From Eledone cirrhosa (lineage: Eukaryota): a stretch of DNA of 64,000 nt. The stretch is from the NCBI GenBank assembly GCA_964016885.1, contig OZ024757.1:11842001-11906000 (forward strand). The letters are read 5' to 3'. Positions 52,067 through 64,000 of the stretch are shown one piece after another; positions within the stretch are counted from its first letter, which is position 1, and the number at the start of each line of letters is the position of its first letter. The notes under the pieces were generated by a model that did not search any database, was not told where the DNA came from, and worked only from the letters and a program-made list of their open reading frames with translations. Both the position numbers and the translations under genes were made by a program.

Positions 52067-52446
52067 AGAATTCACAAGAATCAAAGCTATGTTCAAAGCA
52101 TTTATTCACTTACAATTGTTTCATCCAAACCTAGGCTTGGAGTCTTCGGACCATTTTTCAATGCTTGTACACATAATTGACCTCCTTTCCAACGCAAGAG
52201 ACATACAGATACATATATATCTATTGATGTATAGTGGAGTGACATATAATATAGTATAGTATAATATATGTCACTCCACTGTACATCAATAGATATATAT
52301 GTATCTGTATGTCTCTTGCGTTGGAAAGGAGGTCAATTATATATACAAGCATTGAAAAATGCTCCGAAGACTCCAAGCCTTGGTTTGGATGAAACAATTG
52401 TAAGTGAATAAATGCTTTGAACATAGCTTTTATTCTTGTGAATTCT
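52067..52446. repeat. Fold-back palindrome: 182-bp arms, 16-nt spacer
   Basis: 52067-52248 is the reverse complement of 52265-52446 with a few mismatches. Confidence 0.95.
52348..52416 (+). ncRNA. Minimal hammerhead ribozyme-like motif (core CCGAAGA); mirror copy at 52097-52165 (-)
   Basis: CCGAAGA-C TCCAAGCC TT GGTTTGGA T-GAAA-CAATTG-TA: palindromic stem III ACAATTGT, GUA triplet at 52400-52402, proximal stem I TGCT/AGTG, distal AGCATT/AATGCT. Confidence 0.65.
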
Positions 52447-53959
52447 ATATAACTACTCTGTAGAACAACTGATGTTATTACATTGAGCTATTTATCTTAC
52501 TGGTAATAAGGTAGTAATAAATTATTGACCTTCCCTGTTTATAGTTTTAATATACATAACTATAAAAAGTTTAAAATATACATAACTATAAATAGTATCC
52601 TTAATATTATATATATATATATATATATATGCCTGGTAGTCACAGATCTGTCCAGTTCGTTTGTCTCCAACATATCAGTAATAAAATTATACATTTTCTA
52701 TGTATTTTCTCTAAGGAGAACCTGTTTTGTTTCCTGTTATACATAAAACTTTGCATCTTCGAAATATATATAATGAAATAAATAGAGATGATATAAAGTA
52801 TATATCATCTGTTTATTACTAATATTATATATATATAGTTACGGCCCTTGCTATTCTGAGTTCAAATCCCGCCAAGGTTAACTTTGCCTTTCATCCTTAC
52901 GGGGTCGATAAAATAAAGTACCAGTAATGCACTGGGGTAATAGCTGGCCTTGTGCCAAAAGTAGAAACAATTATATATATATATATATATAACTCCGGAA
53001 AACCATAACTGTTGAGTGCTTCCAATCTATTGTAAAACTCATTCTTTGATTTATTCTTCTAGGCTGGATAAAATATATTATATGTACTACGGTTGATTTA
53101 ATAAACTTTGTGCTTCCCCAAAAATTGCTGGTCTTGAGCCTAATTTACAAATAAATAGAGATTTAACAAGTTTATTGCTTGATATTTCTCAAAACACTTT
53201 TATTTAGTGTGACTAGTGCAGTAAATTGGATGTAATTGGTAGAGCGTCAGACAACAAGCTTTGCATCATATAGTTATGTCCTGTTACATTCTGTGTTCAA
53301 ATCATGTAAAGGGTAGCTTTATTTTTCATCCATACATGGTTGATAAAATAAAGTACCAGTAATGCACTGAGGTTGATTTAATCAACTTTCCCCACCCCCA
53401 ATATTATTGGGCCTGTGTCTACATCAAATACCATTAATTACTGTGTCTAACAACACTCAGTAACCTATACTATCACTACCCCAATGATACCAGCCAAGAC
53501 AGTGTCTCAAAATTCTCACTGGCCTGCAGAAACCCAGGTACCAGTTGCATCATGCTCCTGGCTAAGGACAGAATGGAGAAAGGGGTAACCTGGAAGATAG
53601 TGAGGGAGGTGTGCTGAAGTAGCCATTAAAACCTCTGGGGCCTCACAAGTTTTAAAAACAACAAAGTTCAATAACATTTTAAACATTTCAAATACTAATG
53701 AAGTGTTTGTGTTTGATTTATTCTAACTACTTTCAAGATATCATTACATATGGTGTTCTTAACAGATATTTAGACAGGAAATTAACAAAAGTATGGAATC
53801 ACAGACTGGACAAATTCCTCAAATGTAACTCTTTACTTAACAAAAATAGATTGAATTTCAGGAGATAAATATAGTTTATTTAATATATTATGAAAAACTG
53901 AGAAATAATTTACTCAAAAAAGATAGAATTAGACCAGGAAAAGACATATACATTGCATC

Positions 53960-54190
53960 AATCACACATCAGAACAGGGAATGTTGACCTCTAACATTTC
54001 TGAGACAAGACACAGCATTACCTCAGGTGATACAGGGTCCCTCAATTACACACCAAAACAGGGAATGTTGGTGTTGACCTCTAACATATCTGAGACAAGA
54101 CACAGCATTAGTTCAGGTGATAGAGACAAGACACATCATTACCTTAGATGATAGAGGGTCCCTCAATTACACATTATAACAGGGAATTTT
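53960..54190. repeat. ~85-bp tandem repeat (about 2.5 copies)
   Basis: acagggaatgttg..acctctaacat.tctgagacaagacacagcatta..caggtgata.agggtccctcaattacac repeated. Confidence 0.8.
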
Positions 54191-54399
54191 AGCTGTTACA
54201 AAGAAAAAAAGAAAAAGAATTTTGCAATTATATCATTAAAAATGAATTTAGGAAGACAAAAATTAGACATGGAAAGGATTTTGATTCCAGTTAAAAACAT
54301 ATTTAAGAAATGGAGTCTGTAGAAGTGTAATGGTTACATTTTTGATGTTGGTGGACAATAAGTTTAGACTGGTAAAAGGAAGGGTATCTCAGGGTTCAC

Positions 54400-54640
54400 A
54401 GTTAAATAGTTTTATCACCAGTGTGTGTGTTTCTGTCTAAGTTACTGTTAGTCACAAAATATTTCCCACATATTTCACTGGGGAAGGTCCTTTTTCTGCA
54501 GTCTGACTATGTGGCCAACATGAGTAGAATTCTGAATAAAAGATGTCCAACATGTTTCACACTGGAAAATTCTTTCCTCCAGTCTGAAGACATATATGTT
54601 TATTAAGTACCAAACTATCTGTAAAAGATTTCTCACAAGA
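54400..54640 (-). pseudogene. Highly degraded C2H2 ZNF remnant D
   Basis: Minus-strand gaaatatgtgggaaatatttt and cacacactggtgataaa linkers; it lies downstream of the shared ZNF upstream module at 54640-54900. Confidence 0.65.
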
Positions 54641-56351
54641 AATGAAATATTTAATCATGTAGCATCACCTACCTTGATACATGTAGCTCACTCTATGTTA
54701 TCTACAAAATATTAACTTTAACATGAGATAATTACTACATAAAATATAATTAGATTAATTAAAGTTATAATTAAGATGGCAGGTACGTGGTGTCGTTGAC
54801 AGTGTTTCCTTTTCCGGATGGTGACATGACTTAAAAGTCCCCGACATAATTTAATACATTCAGAAACCACTTCAGTTATATTAATTCACACGTTCAATCA
54901 ATATGTTAGTTCTTTATTCAGATTTGTGTAAATAACATTCGGAATTTTATATAACTGTTCATATTAAACCAAAATACATTATTAAAGGTAATAAAATATT
55001 TAAGTAATGGAAACGAAAAGAAGAAAAAGGAATCAAGCAATGTCACTAATGGTAGAGGGAAAGGGACAGACACTATATTCCAGTCTGAGCTGTGATTCAG
55101 CCCCACCCTACAGAAACTATGTTTGGAAGCAAACCAGAGTAGAGGATGACCAAGAAAGTAAGGGGCAAATGTTGTGAGAGCCGAACTCAAAACACTAAAA
55201 CTGGAAGAGATGAAGGAACGCATCTAGTGGAGAGATGCCATGCTGAGAAGGACCTGTACAACTGTTGCAAGCATGGAATAGTAGATATAAGGATGATACA
55301 CAAAATATACACTATATATATAAATACTATGTATATAGTGTATGTGCTACATATACACAATATATACACTATATATAAATAGTGTATATATAGAGTATAT
55401 GCTACATATAGACAATATATAAACTATATATATACTACATACACATTATATATAATGTTGTCCAAGGGAATAGCTGAAACAGCTTGGCACCAATGACATC
55501 ATAGATCATCATTTAATGTCTACTTTCCCTGCTAGCAAGGGTGGGACAGGTCTTTTCAAACCAGGGTGCAGTGGGACACTACATCTCTCTTACATATGGT
55601 CGCACATTCTACTGAGTGTATTTTATTGTGGCACCAGTGGTACTTTTTTGTTATCAACCTTGAATGGATGAAAGGCAAAGTTGACCTCAGCAGGATTTAA
55701 ACACAGAGAGCAGAGAACCAGAACAAATATGGCAGAAAGCATTCCATTAATTGTTATATAGACTTTAAATAAATGTTTCTACTTTTAAATCAACCCCAGC
55801 AATTGGAAGAGAAAGAGGAATGCCAATTAAATCAATCCTAGTGCATTACTGGTACTTGTTTAAACCCAGAACATAAAGGGCTGTAACTATATGACACAAA
55901 GAATGTTGTCTGACGCTCTACAGATTCTGCCAATCCACCACCCTCACCAACAAAATAAGATTGTGTCTCTATAAGAAACCTTAATGACAAATATGAAGTA
56001 GAACTTTCTACTGGGTGTATTTGTGGATTACAATACAAAACCTGAGAATAATTTCCAACATATTTCACCATAATAAATGTTCATTAATATATATTGTTAT
56101 TTTGTGGCATTCTTGAGATCATTAATCCCCAGCTGAACATCCCTAGACATCTGATCTATGTAAGTCATTTTCAGTCATCCCACTAGGGTCTTACTATGTT
56201 TAGGTATCTGCCACAGGAGCCAGTTCATCAGGTCATCCATTCATCGGTAGGAATGTCTGGTATGTCTTGTCCTTCGCTCCCTAGTTATTGTAGTAATCTT
56301 CAATATATGGCAGTATACTTCTTCCATTTGATAGAGTATATATATATATAG

Positions 56352-56850
56352 ATGTGTATGAAGGATGACAGCTGCATTAAAAGGTGTAGAGCACTAAAAG
56401 TCGCTGGAGGCCATGGAGTGGGGACATCCAGGAAGACCCGGGATGAGGTGATAAAAGCTGACCTTGCCCAATTGCACCTCTCAAAAGAGATGACGCAGTA
56501 CGGTTCCCTCTGGCATCATGCAGTAATACAGAAGACCTGACTTCACACGGCTACAAGCCGAAGCTGAAGCATATAGACAAATATGTCCCCATCCCCACCC
56601 ACCGCAAAGTGGTCAACAAAAAAGCACCCAGCCCACACTAAGGTGGCCGTGGAAACACCATGGTAAAAAAAGCACCTAGCACTCACAGTAAATGAGGTTT
56701 TGTGTTAGGAAGGGCATCAAGCTGTAGATATCAAGCCAAAATCAGTTCCCATATGAGCAAGACAAGGTCACTTGACCTAGCATTGCCCACAACAGGACAA
56801 CCCATCTACCTTATGCTAGCATGGAAGAATGGACGTAAAATGGTGATGAT
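56352..56850 (+). mobile_element. RTE LINE 3' fragment
   Basis: MKDDSCIKRCRAL..LWHHAV matches the 25279-28732 element's 3' end; gacgtaaaatggtgatgat tail. Confidence 0.8.
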
Positions 56851-56948
56851 AAGTATAGGATAAGGATTTTTCAAGCTTCACATTGTATATTCTTCCTTCC
56901 AGAGTGTGTCTGTATATTTGTGTGTTTCACATTTCACAGTGAAGGGGT

Positions 56949-57728
<780 letters not shown>

Positions 57729-60385
57729 TTACATAAAGGTTCTCACCACTTTTACTGATACATTAGGAAATGTAGATATCGTTAATATGATGCCATGTAT
57801 TCTAATATACAGAGTGTCCATAAAAGACTGCAGAAGTCTGCTTTATTCTTCTACAAAGATGTAATGTAGCATTTAGTTGGTACAAGTAATAAGACATATG
57901 ACAGTGTAAGACTGATCTTGGATGAAGAAAAGGCAAGTGGTTTTATGTATATATATATGATTCTTGTGGAGTATTCCCCTATTATTTTTGTTAAAGTGAG
58001 AGAAGCTCTATTCACAATAAAATCCTCAGCTCATAAAACAGACGAATAAGACTTCTATAGTTAAGGTTCTTGTTATTGAGGACAGTTCAGATGACAAGAG
58101 AATTAGTATCCATAATTTCAAAAGATGAAGGTTAATATATATACATATATATATATACAGACATACAGTGTGTACGTATGAGAGAGATAAATAAATAGAC
58201 GTTTGCGTGTGTGTAGAAATATGTGTGTGTGTTGTAATAAATCAAGATAATTCACTTCGGATAGAAAAGTTCACAATGTTTGTGTTATGGTGGAAAACGA
58301 AATAATACGTACTTTAGTTTTCAAGATCAAATATAAAGTCAAGAAAAGTTAGTAAAAACTAAATGTTCACTGATTTCTGATTAAAATAATATCTTCCTGT
58401 CCTGTAAAATGTTGAACAACCCCTTCAATATTTAATAATACAGGTGATAAAACAACAACTATAAGGTAAATAAGTCACCTTATGTTGTTTACAAACATTA
58501 ACGTCCACCTTAATATGAAATAATCACCATAAAAGATAAAATTAGATGAGGTTTAAGTTGTAACAATGGAGCAGATATAAATGGTAATATTTCACCGTCT
58601 AGTTGACACCGGTGTAATAACTTAAAAGTCGCCTACACAATTTAATACATTCAGAAACAACTTCCGTTATATGAACTAGCAAAAAACTACCTTCGTGTAG
58701 TTTTCTGCTAGCATGTGTAGTGTGTATATTGATATTATACACAAGTATATTTTACATGTAAATATGATACATCAAATAAAATCGTAATTGACAATATATA
58801 ATACACAGAATTTGAACGAAGACTGTGTTACACTGTCTTATGTAATCAGTAACGTAATCCATGATACATTAAAAAAGACGATATTATATATAAACTGCAT
58901 TAGGAGAAAATTAGTATGTTTATTGAAGTGATGGCCAACCGGAAGTGTTGACATTTCAGAAATTTTAAAGAAGTGAATCTTTAAATAACAAAATATATTT
59001 AATGAACAGCCACGAAATTTAGTAGATACATTATGTAATATTCATTCATTATTTATGCAAAGTAATGCAACTTATTTTACTAATGGGATAACAAATTATA
59101 AACCGTACAAGTCCCGCACTCCTCCTTTTATTATAGTCTAGATACAAACGTTCAATAGATATGCTAGTACTTTATTCAGATTTGAATAAATAACACTATT
59201 AATTTTATATAACTGTTCAAAACACATTATTTAAGCATAGTTACGTCCCTTTACGATCTGAGTTCAAATCCCGCCAAGGTTATCTTTCCCTTTCATCCTT
59301 ACGAGGTCGATAAAATAAAGTACCAGTAATGTACTGGGTAATTGCTGGCCTTGTGCCGAAAGTAGAAACAATTATTAAAGGGAATAAAATATTTAAGTAA
59401 TGGAAAAAAAAAAACGAATCAAACAACGAAAATATTTGTTTCTACCTTGGTCACAAGGCCAGCAATTATCGCAGAGTATTACTGGTACTTTATTTTATCG
59501 ATCTCGTAAGAATGAAAGGCAATCCCTAGCGGGATTTGAACTCAGGTCATGAAGGGAGGTAACTATATGCGTCAAAGCATGGCGTCCAACGCTCTACCGA
59601 TACTGCCAATCCAACGAAAATAATGGGAGAAGGACAGACTTTATATTTCAGTCTCAGCTGTGATTCTGCCCCACCCTACAGACAAAATGGCAAAGGTGTT
59701 ACCACAGAGAATAGCCAGAGACACCCACTACAACATCCACCCCATCTCATGGGACTCCTTCCTCAAGTGGGCTGCTGTCTTTCTAATTTTGAGAAGGAAA
59801 TCAGCAGTGTGGGGACAAAGAGGAAGTGGTTACTCAGGACCCGGTATTTAACTATCTTCCTCTTCTCTCTATTACAGGTATTAAAGCCTGGGTTTGTGGC
59901 TGCAGTGAAAATGTTGGAGGCAGGGAATGATCCAACCCATGCTAAACCTCCAACTAATTCTGCTACTTGTCTTTTTCAGCTGTGGAGATTAGAGACATGT
60001 GGAATGATGTGTCTTGCTTAAGGACACAATGTACCTCCCTAACTGACAATTGAAAACATGATATTACCATATGTTGTATGACTTCACTATAAAATATATA
60101 TGTGTTTGTATACATATATATAGTATATATTTGTGTGTATACATTGTCTCATTCCATGAGAGTAACTTGGTCAGCCTATGAACTTCTCATCCGACCCTTC
60201 TATATGTATATACATGTTTGTGAGTGTGTGTGTACATATGTATATAGAATAGTGTCACAACTACTATATACACCATATATACACTATATATAATATTGTC
60301 CAATATATATAGACTATATGTCATGTTGTCCAAGGGAAAGGCTGATATAGATCAGCACCAGTGACATTACAACTATTATATACAC

Positions 60386-60422
<37 letters not shown>

Positions 60423-60534
60423 TACATATATACACTATATATAATGTCCAGAGGAATGGCTGAAACAGCTTGACACGAACATTTATCATATATATATACG
60501 CACTATAGAAACTATGTATACACTACATATATAT

Positions 60535-61655
60535 CATCATCATCACCATCATCGATTAACATCTATCTTCCATGGGTTACACAAGTCCTATTTTGAGGCA
60601 AGTTGTGTCGGGTGACCGTGACATCTCATATAGGGGTGTTTCTGGCGGTTTTCTATGGCTGGATGCCCTTCCTAATGCCAACCACATTGACAGTGTGGGC
60701 TGGGTGCTTTTTGCTGTGTCTTTCTCACGTCCACTTTACAGCATGGGCTAGGTGCTTTTTGCTGTGTCTTTCCCATGCCCACTTTACAGTGTGGGCTGGG
60801 TGGGTTGGGGCATGCTGTACATATGCTTCAGCTTGTGTTCCTGGTAAGTCAGATCTTCTGTATTACTGCACATCACCAGAGATCCCGGCCACGTGTCATC
60901 TCCTCTGAGAGGTACAATTGGGCAAGGTCGGCTTGTATCACCTCCCACCAGGTCTTCCAAGGTCTCCCCACTCCAAGGCTTCCAACAACTGAGCCCTCTG
61001 CACTTTTTTATGCAGTGTCATCCTTTATACGCAACACATGTCCATACCAATGCAATCTCCTCTCCTGCACACAGCATTTTATTTCTCTTATGCCTAGTTT
61101 CTCTTTCAGTTCATTTATGCTTCGACTTTCTCGCATATTACTATTACACATCCATCGGAGCACCCAGGCTTCATTTATTTCCAATCTACACAAGTCTTCT
61201 GTATGCAGCACCCAAGTCTCACTACCATGTAACATGGCTGTACATACGGATACATCATACCATCTGCCTTTCATTCTGAGGGAGAAGCGTTTGTAGTCAG
61301 CAGTGGCAGTAGCTCCCTGACCTTCCTCCATCCCGTTCTTACTCTGGTTACTGTAATTTCAGCACACCCAACATTGCTGCTAATTCGGTCACTTAAGTAG
61401 CAGGAGCTATCTACTGTTTCTACAGAGCCCTCTTAGAATTTGGTAGCGCTTGTTTCTTGCGTTTGCTGCTTACTGTTCCAGTGCAACTGCCACACGTAAA
61501 GCCTACATTCTTAGCTAAACTTACTGAGATCCCACTACATCTCTTGTGTACCTATATTCTCCATATGGGGCAGAGGATGGAATGTCTACCAATGCCTTTC
61601 CTACATACTGGACAAGGCCATTTCCCTGAGAGGATCTCGGTTCTGTTTTCTGGAT
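60535..61655 (-). mobile_element. 5'-truncated RTE LINE
   Basis: AMLHGSETW and VQERRLHWYGHV; (CAT)n tail at 60535. Confidence 0.85.
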
Positions 61656-61984
61656 CTTCTACCAATATATATATATATATATATATATATTCTCTACATA
61701 CAATATATGATGTTATCCAAAGTGAGGTCAATAGCTGATATAACTTGGTGCCAATGTCATCACAACTAATATATACCCTATATACAGATGCATGGCTGAG
61801 TGGTTAGAGAATTGGATTTGCAATCGTGCGGTTGTGAGATTGATTCCCGGACCGGGCGATGCGTTATGTCCTGCCAAATTGAGTGCATCCATTGGAACAC
61901 CACAGTCACCTTTACAACCCTGCAGTTGATGTCCAGCTCAAAGTTGCCACAGTTGCTCAGGATACTGCCAAGTATGTATAGAAG

Positions 61985-62065
61985 ATATATATGTATATTG
62001 TATATATATATATATTGTATATATATATATATATATAAATATATATATTATATATATATATCTTG

Positions 62066-62097
<32 letters not shown>

Positions 62098-62103
62098 ATA
62101 TTG

Positions 62104-62135
<32 letters not shown>

Positions 62136-62372
62136 ATATTGTATATATATATATATATATGTGTATATATATTGTATATATATATATTGTATATATTAGT
62201 GTATATATATATATATATATTGTATATATATATATATATATATATTGTATATATATATATATTGTATATATATATATATATATAATATATATATATATAT
62301 AATATATATATATATACAATATATATATATATACAATATATATATATATATATATACAATATATATATATAT
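61985..62372. repeat. ~390-bp interrupted (TA)n tract flanked by ~115-bp inverted repeats
   Basis: 61872-61985 is the reverse complement of 62372-62487; TTG interruptions on the left become CAA on the right. Confidence 0.9.
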
Positions 62373-62899
62373 CTTCTATACACACTTGGCAGTATTCTGG
62401 GCAACTGTGTCAACTTTGAGCTGGACATCAACTGCAGGGTTGTAAAGGTGACTGCGGTGTTCCAATGGATGCCCTCAATTTGGTCAAACAGAGCCATCAG
62501 CTTGTATTTCAAGCTGCACTTGTACACTACATTGTACTTCCTAAGCCCGTCTCTGACTGTAAAAAATGGAAACACACTGTGAAGATAGATCGGTGTCTAA
62601 AAACTTTCCATTAAAGGAGATTCTAAAGGTCAGCTGGTGAGATCCTGTGGAGAGCAGTGTCACATCCACTGCAGATCATCATGGAACGTTGGTTCCATTT
62701 TGCAGGTCACGTTCTGCACCTCCCAAATCACCTGTCCAAAACAGCGATGACATGGATTCCCCTTGAAGGCAAGTGGAAAAGAGGCCAACCGAAGATGACC
62801 TGGTGGATCACATTCCAAAATGACCAACAAACTGTCAACATCAGCTGGCATGGATGTCAACAAGTTGTCACCAACTGAAATCATTGGAGACAATTACTT

Positions 62900-64000
62900 A
62901 ATGGTACTGGTAGTGTTTGCTGGTAAGGTGTTGGTGTATACACATGTTGTTGTTGTTGTTAATATCACCGCTGCTGTCGCAGCCTTCCTCTTGTTGATGA
63001 TGGTGGTAGTTGAAACAGCTACCTATTCGGGCTGCCAGGCTGGTTGCTGGGGCTCGAATGCCTTCTTTAACATAAGATGCGGGGTCGTTGTTATTGTCGC
63101 TGCCTTTCTCTTGTTAATGGTAGTGATAATTGTTGGTGCTACCTATATCGGCTGTCAAGCTGGCTGCTGTATCAGCTTCTGTGAGTGACGCTCCAATGGC
63201 CTTCTTGACCAAAGATGCAGGTCAATGGCTTTTGGCATCGTTTGGCAACACAACGGCAAATAAATATATTCTATATTTTTTTTTCTTTCTTTCTAATCCG
63301 ATTCAATATCATCAATTGGAAAGACCAATGGAAACATTGTTTCATTGGTCCAATCTGATGAGTTACACTCCACTTGGTAAGAACTGAGATGAGATTATTT
63401 ATCACAAAAAAATCACTAAAATAAAGATACTGGATTGGTATAACTACCTGGTTTGTATGTGTCTGTTGTGGTGTTTTGATGTGGTGTGTGTGTGCAGGGT
63501 GATGTATTGTTGTGTGTGTGTAGTGTAAAGAGGAAATTTTACACAAATAGGACCTAGAACGGGTGTGAGGACTCTACCCCCTACAACCCTCTCAGAAATA
63601 AATGGATGAAGAAAAAGAGAAGAAAGTTGTAAAGTATTTTCAAATGTGAATTATTTTTTTTTTAAAGTCATAATGTCAACTGTCATGAAAGTACCACCCA
63701 ACAAATATTAAAGTTATGCAATTGTTTTCTAACAAATATTAAAGTTATGCAATTGTTTTTATTTACACATGTGGATATTTTGTTTACAAAATAAACATAC
63801 AAACACATCAATGTTTTATTTTTAAATGATGTAGTCATAGGGGTGTCACTGTGGACATTTGAAGCTTGATGGAGCCCTTCACTCTCCAGGTTTGAACAGT
63901 TGATTTCTTCCAGAGAAGGAGAGAGAATAAGAGGGAGGAAGTGAGATAGAAATATAGAGAGGAAGAACAGACCCCAGTGATAGACTGGTATTGTTTTTTT
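62900..64000. repeat. Segmental duplicate of ~33330-34455 (related blocks at 31745-32760, 37900-38900, 47880-48940 and 55640-56340)
   Basis: Near-identical sequence, e.g. gctggctgctgtatcagcttctgtgagtgacgctccaatggcc and ggactctaccccctacaaccctctcagaaataaatgg. Confidence 0.9.

Noticed and set aside
61790-61860. tRNA gene (also 47725-47790)
   Set aside because: Only A/B-box-like motifs without a proper cloverleaf; consistent with SINE heads.
61800-62575. Tyr/Ile-rich ORFs (also 4639-5013, 17677-18010 and 51102-51605)
   Set aside because: Translations of (TA)n and low-complexity repeats.

Overview
AT-rich, repeat-dense animal DNA. It is most likely a coleoid cephalopod such as Octopus; this is inferred from the clustered short C2H2 zinc-finger genes, Nin-core SINEs and (TA)n-rich background. 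The window holds: (i) a ~5.2-kb uninterrupted coding block for a giant multi-beta-propeller (NHL-like) protein at 9325-14567, broken only by two in-frame stops and one homopolymer frameshift; (ii) a tandemly duplicated cluster of five C2H2-ZNF paralogs (two intact ORFs, three pseudogenes) sharing an upstream module; (iii) a full-length Tx1/L1-clade LINE flanked by (GATA)n, long RTE and CR1 LINEs inserted into a ZNF gene, Penelope-like elements, SINEs, a piggyBac-type MITE and a Helitron-like element; (iv) two long fold-back palindromes, each carrying a minimal hammerhead ribozyme motif on both arms, plus further hammerhead-like motifs. A 200-N gap lies at 1616-1815. All calls were made by eye without database searches.
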